From: Emiliania huxleyi CCMP1516
Lineage: Eukaryota
Reading direction: 5' to 3'
Assembly (NCBI RefSeq): GCF_000372725.1
Contig: NW_005201287.1
Span: forward strand, 62,001-126,000
DNA length: 64,000 nt
Shown: positions 23,721-37,464 of the stretch, in pieces
Numbering within the stretch: the first letter of the stretch is position 1
Layout of the letters: each line of letters starts with the position of its first letter
The notes under the pieces: generated by a model
Told to the model about the DNA's origin: nothing
The model's database searches: none
Seen by the model: only the letters and a program-made list of their open reading frames with translations
Program-made: the position numbers and the translations under genes

Positions 23721-24634
23721 ATGGCCGACGACGACCTCGCCCGCCGCCTGCGCGTGCTGAAGGGCTCGCCCGTGGAGCTTCCGACCGACGAGGCTCTGGC
23801 GGCGCGGCTTCAAGCCATGAAGGGCACCGCTGCGCCCGTCTCCGACGAGGCTCTCGCCGCGAGGCTCCAGAGTCTCGGAGGCGCGGACCTGTCCACGCTG
23901 GGACCAAAGCCCGGTGCGGTGCGACCCGACGCAAAGGACGGCGTGGACGGCGATGTGAGGCGCGGGTCCGACCGCAAGCTCGGCGGCGTGATGGACGCCT
24001 TTCTCAGCGGCGGCACGGGAGAGGCGGGCGGCGCCGATGTCGACGAGGTGGAGCTGCTGCTGCAGATGAATGCGGACCGAGCGCGGCTGCAAGGCAAAGC
24101 CGGCTCGGACGCGTCGGCGCTGCCGCAGGCCGGCGCCAGCGACGAAGTCGAGCGACTGCTGCAGATGAGTCGGGACGCGGTCAGCCTGGCGGGCAGTACG
24201 GCAGCGAGCGCGCAGGACGCCGAGGCGGAGCTGCTCATGCGCGCTGCGGCGGAGGGCGGCGGCGGAGGAGGCAGCGGTGGAGGCAGCAGCAGCGGGCCGC
24301 TCGGCAGCCGCGGCGCTCAGGAGCGTGCGGCTCGCGAGGCGGCGCAGCTTGGGTCAGGGGGTGCTGCGGAGATGCTGCGCGAGGCGAGGGCGGCGACGAA
24401 GCATGCTGCACCGCTGCCGGCGGGCGGAAGGCTAGGCTGGCTGCCGACGCGCCGCCGGGGGGGTGCCCAAACCTCTCTGCCCGCCGCCTCTCTTCCCGCG
24501 TGGGGGGTCGACGGCGACGGCGGCGACGGCGGCGGCGAGTCGGACGTGGACGAGGACGAGGTGGCCGAGGCGGAGAGACTGCTCGAGGAGCTCATGGCGG
24601 CCGGGCAGGTGTCGGGCCGGGAGGAGGAGGAGGA

Positions 24635-24666
<32 letters not shown>

Positions 24667-25097
24667 TCTTCCCGTCGGCGCCGTCTGCTCCCGCGGCGCC
24701 CTCTGGGCGAAATGCTACGGCCCTCCCGGCGGCGCCGCAGCACAAGCCGCAGCAGCCGCCCGCCTCGCGGCCGGCTGCGCCACCCCGCCCTCCGAGCCCC
24801 GCCGAGGGGGAGATGGAGCGCTGGTGCGTCGTCTGCACCCTCCCACTCCACGTTTTCTGTTCCCGACCACCCCCACTACTCTGTCTCCTCCAGGCGCGTC
24901 CTCTGCGCCGGTCCTTTGGCCCGCTCCTCCTGCTACGGCTCACAGCGCCCGTCTTTCGCAGGTGCGTCATCTGCAACGACGACGCGGTCCTGTGGTGCAA
25001 CGATTGCGACGGCGACGCGTACTGCCGCCGATGCTTCCGGGAGGGCCACAGGGACGAGGACATGCGCGCGCACAAGACGGTGCCGATCCGGCGGTGA
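23721..25097 (+). CDS. ZFYVE19/ANCHR-like protein with a C-terminal B-box-type Zn finger; no FYVE domain seen
   Basis: WCVICNDDAVLWCNDCDGDAYCRRCFREGH after removing intron 24824-24961; N-terminal LARRLxxLK repeats. Confidence 0.75.
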
Positions 25098-26345
25098 GAG
25101 TGGCGGGTAGGGCCAAGGCGGCGCTCTGTGCGCGCGTGTCTCTTGTCTTGGGATCAAAAGTGTGCCAAAGTGTTTGACTAGTTGCAAAAAGTCTCGCGTG
25201 GGAAACCCACCGAAAACTGCGAAAAACGCTGTTCTCGGGTTCATTGGCCTCTTTTGTAGGGAAGAATTTTGATACCCGTCAAGACGCCTGCTGGGGGCAG
25301 CTTCGTAACGAAGCCGTCTGGGGGCCAGCTTCGTAACGAAGCCGTCTGCTCCCCTTGGAGCGGCCGCTCACTGCTCGGTACCCCCCCTGCACATCTAAAG
25401 CCATCCCTGCTGCTAGGGGGGGGGGTCTGACCCCCCCAGCAGCAGAGCGCTGCTGCTGGGGGGGGGGTCCGGACTAGGGTTGCCTAACGTTAAGAGCTGA
25501 ACAGTGTTGCTAGTGTTAACAGTAACAACAGAACAACAGTGGGCCCCCCCAACAACAGTAGCTAACGTTAGGCCGACTGAACAACAGTAAGGAAGGCCTG
25601 GCAGTGACCCACGACGATCTCTAGTGTCCAGTGCGGGTAATACCCGAAAATACCCGGAAAATTTGCGGCCTCGCAGTAGCCTTGCCGGGCTACCCCCAGC
25701 GAAAGATAACTTCAACAATCACTTCAACACTGGCGATACGGCAACCGCTACACGCGCATAGGTCATACGCAACACGTGGGCAGCCTCCCCCCCCGTGAAA
25801 AGTCCATGAGTCGCCGTCAGGCCGTCGGACTGGGCGCCACTCACTGGTGTGCCGGCAGTGATTCCCGCAAGTCGCCTTGGTGCTCGCGATAGCCCTCGCC
25901 GCCCCTCACTTCGCCCCCGGGCCAAGCCTCCGGTGCCGTGTCTACCCCACAGCCCCCGATTTGGACGCCTGAGGCTCGGCTGTGTCCGGGTGTGCATGAA
26001 AAACGAGAAAACAGGCCTTTTTGGGAAAGCCGACTTTGCCCCTTAACGAACGGGTATTTTGCTCGGTCAATCATGTATAGTCCGTCTCGATCTGGAGGAG
26101 ATGAGTCATACAGCCGCCCTCCGACCCCATAGCTGCAGAACGCATAACAGCCATAACACCCATAACATGTGCATGCACATGTGCATGTGATGGGCTGCTA
26201 TGCCCAGAGAGCCATAACACCACTTACATACGGCTTTATTTAGGCTTTATAACTTGTGCCCCCGCCGGGGTCCGAACCGCGAGCGGCGAGGCCGAGGGGT
26301 GCTGGTATGAGCCCATCGATCTGAGCCCGACCGAGGTCGTAGTGC

Positions 26346-26530
26346 GCTTGCGTTCGGTCGGCGGTTAGTGGTGCACTAACCCCGAGAACCCCTCGCTCGG
26401 ACGGAGTCGCTCCTCATCGCAAACCCCGTCAGCAGTCCTCCTTCGGGAATGTTCGTAAGGCTCACTGAAAATCAAACCCTGTCAGCAGTCACCTTCGGGT
26501 ATGCTCGTAAGAGCTACATACACTGAAAAT
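26346..26530 (+). repeat. Long copy plus tandem partial copy of the dispersed structured repeat
   Basis: About 125 bp align with the reverse complement of 61910-62041; the last about 55 bp are duplicated at 26474-26530. Confidence 0.85.
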
Positions 26531-26653
26531 GCGCCTGCGGGCCGACCCTCACAGATCACAGATCACAGGGGGACGTACGTCGCCGACCGACAGTTCGACA
26601 AAGGAAGCTCACCGCGAAAGCTGGACAGCGCGCCGAGCTGCGAGGCGGAAGCC

Positions 26654-28116
<1,463 letters not shown>

Positions 28117-28651
28117 CCGAGACTCGGAAATGGCTTCCTTTGGAGAGCGCCGCTCGATGGGGAGGGGGGTATGTGGGTGACAGCGCTCCCACAGTGCTCG
28201 AGAGATCGCCATCTTCGAGGTTGCATCTTGCGGGGTTATGCTGCGATGTGGACAGTAGGTCGTGTACGAATAAAACGCACAGATCACTTAGGGCCTGTGG
28301 AATGCATCTGCAGCGGCCAACTCGGCGTTCAGGGCGGTTATATTACTGTGAAGGGGTTTTTCTCTCTTTGTGCACTGCGGGCCTGGTGCACTTTCAATGC
28401 CGTGGCGCTCCTGCCCGTGTCCGGGCGTGGAGATGCGAGGGTCGCCCCCCCTTGCGCACCACTTTGTGTGTGTTGAGACGTTTACCTTAACACCTTACCT
28501 TACCTTAGCACTTCTACCGGATGGCTACTGCGGTACTGACCTGCACTCTACGCGGCAACCAACCGTGCATTCGTCTCCTTCTCCCCCGGCCCGCCTCCGC
28601 TCCGGCCCTTACCCGCATCGTTCTGACAAGCGCACCTCCTTACCAGGCAGC

Positions 28652-29552
28652 TTACTTGGCCGCCTTGGTCACCGGCTGCAGAAAGATTTTGAAGAGGGCG
28701 CCACCGACGAGCCCACCAATGAGGGGGCCAGCGATCGGAATCCAGAAGTAGGACGTGCCCGTGAAGCCCGCCTGGCGGAAGAGGAGGGCTGGGGTCAAAC
28801 GAGGGCGTATCAAGGGTAGGCGGGTTTGGGGTGTGCCTAAGGGTTACTCGGTGTCGAGGGCGAATCCTACTCATCACCGTAGCCAACGCGTCCTCATCGC
28901 CAGTGAACGTCAGGAGGCCCCAGTAGGCGATGCGCGGCCCCAGATCGCGCGCCGGATTCATCGCGTACCCCGTGAGCACGCCGAACGAGTTGCCGATCGA
29001 GTAGACCCCGGTGCCGACCCACGCGGCAACCATGGGCTTGTAGGCAGGCGTGCTGCCAGTCGTGCAACTGCAGATGACAATGAGGAGGAGGGCGGTGGCG
29101 GTGACCTCTGTCGCGAGCGCGTTGAGCGTGGGGAGCGACGAGGAGGTGCAGTAGTAGTTGGTCAGGTACTTCGATTCGTCGTCGGTGCCGAGGTAAGGCA
29201 GCACAAAGTTGGCCATCACCACGATCGCGCCGAGGAAGCCTCCGATCGTTTGCGCAATGATGTACGGCAGGACCTTGCAGATGGGGAAGCCGCCAAAAAC
29301 AGCCGCGAAGAGCGTGACCGCCGGGTTCAGCTGCGCACCCGTGATGTCGAAGGTCGCCAGCACTGCAAGAGCGACACCCATACCCCAAATCTGGTTCATG
29401 TATGCACCTTGCGCCCACGCACCTTCGTCGACGGAAGCACCCTTCACATCCCCCGTCGCGACGACGCCGGCGCCGAATGCGATGATGAGGAACACCCCAA
29501 ACGCCTCCGCCGCCAGCTCCTGGCAGATACCCCTCGGCCCCACCGTCTCCAT
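28652..29552 (-). CDS. Aquaglyceroporin (MIP family)
   Basis: Two NPA boxes, GAQLNPAVT and GYAMNPARDLGPR (the RD after NPA2 is typical of glyceroporins). Last exon YFWIPIAGPLIGG after an intron at about 28772-28877. A further 5' exon is possible. Confidence 0.93.
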
Positions 29553-29859
29553 CTCTTCGTCCTGTTTGTGTCGCTATCCGCAACTGTCGCCGATTATGAC
29601 CCCGCCGTCGGCCGATGTCGTGGTTGGCTATTATGGCGGTGCCCCTCGAGGTGCCAGCGGCGTGTGAACAGTTCCGCAGGCCTACAGGTGAACGGAGCAC
29701 AGATTTTACGGTCTGGTCGACCACAATTTGCGACTGGGCACCCAATAACCGAACAGGGGTCAGGGCGAGCCGCGCGGATCCGGCAGCGGCACCCGCACCA
29801 CCAGCACACCCGCCCACGCACCACAAGGGGTCTTTTTCCATCCGCCCCACTCAATCTAG

Positions 29860-31856
29860 TCACGCTTCAGTACCCATCTCACGAGCCAGTCGCGTGTTGA
29901 ACTGTACACCATCTCTCACTCCGCTCCACTCGCCGTACATGAGCGCCTCGACTGCGCTCGTACTGCCCTGGCGCGCTGCCCTCTCATACCACCCGAGGGC
30001 CGCCGCCTCGTCCCGCTCGCCGAACTTGCCGTTCGCCTCGCACCACCCGAGGTGCGCCATCGCCGCGGGCAGGCCTGCCTCCGCCGCCGCCTACGGTCAA
30101 CATGCGGCCCCCACGACGGTCGGCGCTCTCCCGGCGCGAGGGGAAGACGAGGCGGCGCCACGACTCGCCGTCACGAGGCGCCGGCTCTCGACGACGGAGC
30201 GGGGGACGACCCCCTCCTCGCCCCGCCAGTAGAGCAGGCCGAGCTCCAGCTGAGAGAGCGCGTGGCCCTGCGCGGCGGCGCGGCGCCAGTACTCGGCCGC
30301 GGCGCCGACGTCCCTCGCCGCACCGCCGCTCCCGGATCGGAGGGCTGCACCGTGTAGAAATTGCGCGTAGGCGTTGCCTCCGTCGGCAGCGGCGCGGAGC
30401 CACGGCGTCGCGCGCGCGCGGACACTCTCGGCCGAGTCGGAGAGCCACAACACGAGCGAGTAGCGGTCTCCGCCTGTAGCGATCACTCGCACACCTCACC
30501 GCCCCCCCGCCTGTGTGAGGCACAGCGGTGGGGAGCGAGCGGCGGCCGGAGGCGTCCACGCCATGCATCACGTCGAAGCGGTGCAGGAGGGCGTCGCCCG
30601 CCTGTCCCGCGCCGCGAGAGGGGCGTGAAGAGCGCGAGAGGGGCGTGAAGAGCTCAGCCTCGAGGCGGTAGCGGGGGCAAGGGCGGGGGGGGGGGGGGGG
30701 AGGGGGCTCGCAGGTGGGGCCTCGCCTGCATGCCTGGCTCGACGAGCAGGCGCGAGGAGCGGTCCGCGCCCGGCTGCAGGAACAGGCCTCCCTCGTACTC
30801 GCCTGCGAGACACGAGGGGAGCTGTCCAGACGAGACCGGTCTGTGGGGAGAGGCCGCTGCCCGCACTCGCCCGGGTTGAGAGGCAGGATCACCGTCGCGA
30901 AGGAGGTGACGTCGAAGTGCGGGGCGAGGGCCTGCCTCCGGTCCTCCTGCACAGTAACGAGAGCTGCTCAGGCGGAGCTCGAGTGCGGGGCGAGGACTGC
31001 CTCCTGCCCCTCCTCGCGGTAGGCGCGCAGCAGGGCGTCCGCCACCACGACCCCCTCGCCGCCGCCGCCGCCGTAGTCCACCCTCTGGCGCACGTAGGGG
31101 AGAATGCGGCTCTCGAGGGCGGGCTGCAGCAGCCGGTGCAGCTCCTACTCCGCGTCTCGAGGTCTCGAGGGCGGGCTGCAGCAGCCGGTGCAGCTCCTAC
31201 TCCGTGTCGTAGACGGGCGCGCGTGGCGGACACGGGCACCCGGGTGTCGCGCAGTCCGCCCTGGCAGGGTCGGCTGCTCGAGGCGTCTGGGAAGGGGCTG
31301 GCGGCGGAGAGGGAGGACAGTGGAGTGAGGCGGGTGGGATAGCGCTATCTCACGGCGCCTCGCAGACGACGCGGCCGTCCTCCACCACCACCCGAGCATG
31401 TGCCGCCTATGGATGTGGCGTCGAACCCGCTTTCGGATCCGCCCCGCGACCTTTAACGCCACCCAAAATGCGGCCCGCCTCGGCAGCCGAGCCGCTTCCC
31501 AGCGCGTCGAAGGCGGAGCGCAGCGCGCTTACTTCGCATCTGGAGAGCAGGCCCTTTGCCAGATGCACCTCGCGCGGAGGTGCGTGCGGCGCCGCCGGGT
31601 CGGAAATCTCCGCCGTCAGGTCCCGCTCTCCAAGGTCGGTGGTGGCATGCCGACTGCGTCGCCACGCCACGGGCCTGCTCACGACCGGATCCAGCTCGAA
31701 GGGCCTGACAGCGTCCTCGCCAGCCATTAGGGCGATGAACTTTGACGGCGGCTCCGCAGTCATGCGGATAAGGCAGGTCGGTGGCGAAGGGGGGCAGGCA
31801 AGTCGAAGGCGTGGAGCCAGACGCATTGCGAGCATGCACACAGAGAGTGGCAGCAT
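29860..31856 (-). CDS. 2OG-Fe(II) oxygenase (PLOD/P4H-like) with C-terminal Sel1-like repeats, multi-exon
   Basis: LAPHFDVTSFATVILPLN, YEGGLF, GDALLHRFDVMHGV, GDRYSLVLW; Sel1 repeats (AEYWRRAAAQGHALSQLELGLLY, GWYERAARQG); N-terminal targeting-like peptide. Confidence 0.8.
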
Positions 31857-33303
31857 TCGTCAGGCAGTCGAATCGAGTCGAAACACACGCCCTCTCCCAG
31901 CCTGGCCTCAGTACACGAGGAGACGTTTTTCTCAATTACAAGGCGAGGTGGTCAACGGGCGTTCGACCACACCACCGGCCAAGGCTACGTCAAGTCACAG
32001 CGTGGTCACTACCATGATGGGATCTTCACCAAACGAAACAAGTTCAACCTGCTTCTCCACGCACCACACCACGAGACATTCCTCATTCATTCGTTCGGCG
32101 GCGGCTTCTCGCCGCCTGCAGTTGCAAAGATCAACCGCCTTGCGCGCAAGGCTCAACGCTCGGGCGTTGACCGCACCGCGTACCCTCCCCACTCCCGCCT
32201 CTCATTTGTGTCACACCACGCGGAACGCATCTCCATCCATCGCTTCGGTGAAGGGGGTGAATGAACCGCGCCATCCTCGATCGCCGTGCAAAGCTCGCTT
32301 CCGAGCTCTCACGCCGCGCGTAGGGCCCTTAGGGGCCTAGAGAACACAACCCCCTCTCCCTTTTCTCCCAGTAAACGCAGTTCCCGGTAACGCTACATTT
32401 CGTAACGATGGTCGCTAAACGACACGCTATTGGCCATCTGCCTCCTGCAGCCTCTGTTGGGGCGGAATGCGCGGGGTTTTCGGCGCGATGCATCCGGCTA
32501 GTACACGGTACTGCTCTGCCGCAAACTCTCCTGCGCTCGCGTGACGTGTGGGGCGCACGCACTGCGCTCGAAAGTCGCGATTTGGCAATAGGCGCTCGAG
32601 CCGGCGCGCAGTGGAGGGGGCGCCGCGCAGGGGGATCGGGGGGGTGCGAGAGGGGGCGTGGGTCGGGCGCGCACCGGCCGGCTCCGGGAGCGGCCGTCAC
32701 GTCGAAGAGGGGACCTGGTGCTGCTCGAATGACGACGCATGCCGCTCTGCTGCGCCGCCGATAGCCCCTCTTCCGAGCCGGCACGTGGCGGCGAGCCGCG
32801 GCCAGTGTCGCTGGTGCGGTGGAGGCGGCAGCTTGCATCGGCCGGCAGCGGGTGCGGCCATCACGTCGATGAGGGGGGGTTGTCGGCGACTCGTGTGGCT
32901 CGAGGCCTACGCTGCGCCGCCCAAGCCCTACTGCCGATCCAGCGCCTGGCGTTTGGGGCGAGCCGCGGTCGTCGTCGCTGATCGTATATGGCGGCGGCGG
33001 CGGCGGCTCGCCCTTCCCTCCGGCCGCAATTCCGATCCCGCCGCGCTCGCGGGAGGTAGCGCGCCCACCCCGCGGCACGGCCGTGGCTGCGCATACACCT
33101 TACGCCCTTTCTCCTCAACGGCTATCCGTGCTTGCTGTGCCCCTGCGTGGTGTGTTTCAAGTTCTTACAACCCAAGGTGATAGAGGGCAAAAAGATCGAT
33201 TGCGCTCTTGCCGATCCGCACCTACCTAGGCTCTTGGTTGTGGCGCCCCAGCTTTTCACAACGCTGCTGGTTGTTTCTTCTGTTGGTGTTGATCGTGTGT
33301 GCC

Positions 33304-34227
33304 ATGCCGCCACCCTCGCCGCTCGACGTGTGGCTGCGCGTGACTCTGCCCTCCGGACGCAGATGGGCCGCCCTCTCCGACCTCTCATCGCGCGGCGTCG
33401 ACCCGAGAGGCCCGGAGCTCCTCCGCCTCTTTCTGCTGCTCGAGTCGCCGTCCCGCCGCCGCACGCGCAGAGGAGGAGGAGCACCACCGCCTCGCGCACT
33501 CCGGCGCGCAGCCGCCATGGCGCTACTCGCGCTCTGCCGAGAGCGACCCGCGCTGGGCCGATCGGCGCGAGCGCAGGCCGCCATCGGACGCGGCATCGCG
33601 CTCGCTCTGCCGCCAAACGTGTCGGCGCCGCGGCTGCTGCGCGGGCTGCTCTCGCCGGACGAGTGCGCCGCTCTGCTCGCCGCGGCCGTCGCCCACGGAG
33701 AGGCGCACGGCTGGGGCTCGCTCCACCGGAAGTACCCGACGGTGGACCTGCCCGTCGCCAAGCTGCGAGGCGGCGGCGCGGTCGTCTCTGCGCTGCAGGA
33801 GCGCGCCTTCCCGGCCTTTGGGCGCTTCTTCGGGGAGGCGTACGGCCCCGCCGCTTCGCTCGTGATGCGCGACTGCTTCGTCGCAAAGTACGAGGCGGGC
33901 GGCCAGTCGGGCCTCGCGGGGCATGTCGACGCGTCTCTGCTCTCGCTGGTGATGACCCTCTCGCCGCCGGGCGAGTTTGAGGGCGGAGGGACGCACTTTG
34001 AGCACGCGGGGCGGACGCTCTCGCCGCCGCAGGGCGACGCGGTCCTCTTCCTCGGAAAGGTCTTCCACGAGGGGCGACCGATCACCCGCGGGACGCGCTT
34101 CGTCCTCGTCGCGCTCGTCGACAAGAGGGGCACTGTGGCGCCGCCGCCGCCGCGGCCGGACGAGGCGGCGGCCGGGGAGGCGGCGGACTCGGCGGAGGCG
34201 GCGGACTCGGTGGAGGGGCGGGGCTGA
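33304..34227 (+). CDS. 2OG-Fe(II) oxygenase (PLOD-type C-terminal domain)
   Basis: YPTVD, FVAKY, HVDASLLS (HxD), FEGGGTHF, HEGRPITRGTRFVLV. Confidence 0.88.
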   Translation: MPPPSPLDVWLRVTLPSGRRWAALSDLSSRGVDPRGPELLRLFLLLESPSRRRTRRGGGAPPPRALRRAAAMALLALCRERPALGRSARAQAAIGRGIALALPPNVSAPRLLRGLLSPDECAALLAAAVAHGEAHGWGSLHRKYPTVDLPVAKLRGGGAVVSALQERAFPAFGRFFGEAYGPAASLVMRDCFVAKYEAGGQSGLAGHVDASLLSLVMTLSPPGEFEGGGTHFEHAGRTLSPPQGDAVLFLGKVFHEGRPITRGTRFVLVALVDKRGTVAPPPPRPDEAAAGEAADSAEAADSVEGRG

Positions 34228-34706
34228 GCTTATACGTGTCGTGAGAGGAGATATGGATATGGGGGGTAAGGTAAGGTTAGGGTGCCCACAGCGGGACCCA
34301 AAAGAAAATAGCTTTGCGGCTCAAAAAGCGGCTAAAGGGACGCACGCCGGCACGCGCGAGAGGGCAAATCGTCTGATGTTGGAGTGTTCCAATAGGAGCG
34401 AGGCCTCCTCCGTTGGGGGGCCGAGTGACTAGGAAACGAGGGTTCCCCATTGTGTTCCCTTCGCGTGCGAGCGTGCCAGTAGGAGGCGGCGCAATATGGC
34501 CCCTATAGTACAGCCCTTGAGGAGGAGGAAGAGGCTGGCTGGCAGTGCTGTATGCTGCCGAGGGGGCAGTTTTGGCGGGGTGCTGTCCCCATCCCAGGGA
34601 GCTGCAGAACGCGTCCGCAGCCGGGACAACCCGCCCCCCGCCGAGGCCGGTCGAAGCCCACTTGAGCACAGCCAAGAGGAGTCCTCTTGGTGCTCCTGGC
34701 GGCCGT

Positions 34707-37326
34707 TCAAAGCTCGGGCGAGCCGACCCAGTTCAGCCCGCCCATGAGCGGGAGGAAGGGCTTGTCAGCGACGGCGCGGTCGTCCTCCTCGCAGGTCGCC
34801 CCTGTCATGGCCATGAACTCGGGGCAGCGAGACGACTGGACAGGCGTGGTGAAGTCTTTGGAGCACTGCGAGCTGAGGTACTTCTTGTACAGCTCGCAGA
34901 CGTAGTTGGTCTGGAAGACTCGCAGCTTGCGGGCGGGTCGATCGCGAGCAATGTCGAAGCCGACCATGCGCCTCGGCTCAGAGACGCGGGTGGCCTTGAA
35001 GGAGCGGCAGTAGCGCGCGAAGGTGGTGTCGACTCGTCCCTTGGTCGGGCTCTGGTAGCGGACGAAGATGTCGTCGACGTAGACGACGGCGATGATGTAG
35101 CCTCCGTCATCAAAGATGATGCGGAAGAGGTTTGGGTCGGCGGCGCACTGCTCGAACCCGCACGCCTTGAGGACGGCGGTGTTCTCCTTCTGGAAGATGG
35201 CGCCACCTTGCTTGGTCCCCTCGAGGCCCTTGAGCAGACGGCACGCCTTGAATTTTGGGTCGACGAAGCCGTGGGGCTGCTCAACGTACATCTCGACATC
35301 GAGCTTGGTGGTGGAGGTGAACGCCTTGACGACGTCCCAGCGCTCGAGCTCGTCGTCGTTGGCGTTGCAGTCGGCGAGGAAGATGAGGAGCGTCTCGATC
35401 CGCAGCGTGCCGCAGTAAGTCTCGAGGTAGTCGATGCCCGGGCGTTGGCTGTACCCGCAGGCGACCCAGCGCGCCTTGAAGCGGTCGACGGAACCGTCGT
35501 CCTTGTAGAAGACACGGAAGACCCACTTGCCCTTGATGGCGCGCTTGCCGGGCGGCAGCTCGGCGACGAGCTCCCACGCACCGTTGTCCTGAGACTTGCC
35601 GACAAAGTCATCAGTCATCGCAGCTAGCCACGATTTGCCGTAGAGGGGGTGTTTGACGGCCTCCTCGGCACTCCTCGGGATTGGGACGGGTCCGATCTGA
35701 GCACTGACCTCCAGCACCTCCCCCACAGTGCCAGAACGGGGAGGACGATCATGGAGCGGTGCGCAGCGACGCCGGTGCCGGCGTTGGCGGGGAGCCAAAA
35801 GCGCCGCTCGGTGACATCTGCAGCAAGCTCCTGCCGCGCGTCGTGCGCGAGGGGCGTGTTGCCGAGGGAGGAGATGCAGCGCAAGACCTTCTCGACCATC
35901 TCAGACTCGGTGAACCGGTTGGCAGCGGGCAGCTGGTGGTTCAGGTTGTTGAGGACCTGCACGAGCCGGTTGAGCGAGTCGGCGGAGCGCCCAATCTCAA
36001 CTGAGTCAAAGCTGAGGCTTGAAATCTTGTCCTTGAGGTCGTGCATGGTGAGGTCGTTGATCGGCCGGTAGCAGTGCTGGCGGAGCAGCTGCCACATCCG
36101 TCCACCGTCGCCAGCGGCCTGGTTCTGGAGCATCGTCTTTAGGTTCTGGTCGGTGACGTGCGCCGTAAGGAAGGCGGCGAGGGTTTTCTTGCGGCGGTTG
36201 GCGCGCGAGAGGAGTGCGACGCGCTGCGCGTTCGGCGGCGTGCCAGGGGGGTGCCCGCCAGCGGGCGCAGCGGCGCCAGGGAACGGGAGAGCCGCGGCCA
36301 TCCCATTGAAGAAGAAGGAGGCGTCGAGCGGGTCCTGCTCGATATAGCCGTAGGGCGACTTGCCATCCGCCTCGTCGCCGAGCGAGTACTCCTCATCTTG
36401 GTGGTTGCCGAAGCAGCTTCCGAGGTAGTCCATCGCGTCGCGAACAAAGCGGTCGTAGTCGTTCGGGCTGCCGGCAAAGGGCGCGACCTTGAACTTGCGC
36501 GCGTCGAAGTCGTTGTTGACGGTGGCGGCGGAGCCGAGCATGAACGCATCGGCGATGGCGTTTTCGATGGCGTGGTTCGGGAGGAAGTTGAGCGCCGGGC
36601 GGACGTCGGAGAGGAGCTTGGAGATGCGGACGCCGAGGCCGATGATGCGGTGGCGGACTTGGTGACGGATCCACTCCACGATGTGCGTCGACCGCGTCGA
36701 GCAGCCGGCGTCGAAAGGCTTGAGAGGCTCGGGCTCAAGGATCTTGTCGACGTCGACCTCGGAGGCCTTCTTTTGCTCGAGAGCGATGGCCATGGACTCG
36801 GCGACCATCTTGGGCCAGCCACTCTCGGTCATGAAGAAACACTCGGCCGGGAGACGGGCGCGCCGAAGAGGAGGCACTTGTTTCCGACGCTGTCTCCGTT
36901 GTTCGGCTTGAGCAGGATGGAGTGCGTGGAGTCGGGCGGCATGTTGGAATACTTGTCAGACGTGATGATGTGGTTCGTGTTGAAGGTGGACTCGGCCTTG
37001 CCTTTGGCGGGGTCCTCCATGATGATGCAGGTGATGTCCAGCTGGTTGTCGGCCTTGCCGCACAACTCAGCATCCGTGTCCTCCAACCGTATCGAGCGGA
37101 TGGAGTTGTCGCGCACGAGGTTGCGCGACTCGCAGACGGCCGAGGTGCCGTTGATGACGACCGAGGTGTCGTCGAGAATCTCACGCGAAGGTGCCATGTG
37201 AACGGGAGCAGTATGTAGAGTTCGATGATAAGGAATACGCTGTCGGACAGAGGAAGACGCTGTCGGACAGAGGAAGACGCTGTGTGAACTAGGAAGACGC
37301 TGATCATAGATCAGACGCCGTTCACA
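34707..37326 (-). mobile_element. Ty1/Copia LTR retrotransposon remnant: one LTR, PBS, gag and RT; internally deleted and 3'-truncated
   Basis: RT motifs AIKGKWVFR, FKARWVACGYSQRPGIDY, WDVVKAF, YVEQPHGF, VVYVDDIFV. Gag-like ORFs at about 35750-37197 with a frameshift. No protease, integrase or RNase H visible. Confidence 0.9.
37197..37326 (-). repeat. 130-bp LTR
   Basis: TG...CA ends with 9-bp terminal IR TGTGAACGG/CCGTTCACA, followed immediately on the minus strand by PBS-like TGGCACCTTCGCGTGAGA (37196-37179). Confidence 0.8.
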
Positions 37327-37464
37327 CCGTCTCCCCAACCATCACACTCACACTGACAAGTGTGGGGAGGCAAGGCACTGTGAATCGCCTTATCTCTCAC
37401 AGAGATGTCTTGTTTTTGTGAATTGATGAAGAGCAAAAAAATACAAACAAATGAATTCACAGCG

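Noticed and set aside
26255..26340. tRNA-like sequence on the minus strand (GGTTCGGACCC T-arm-like)
   Set aside because: No acceptor-stem pairing or clear anticodon arm; at most a degenerate tRNA-derived repeat
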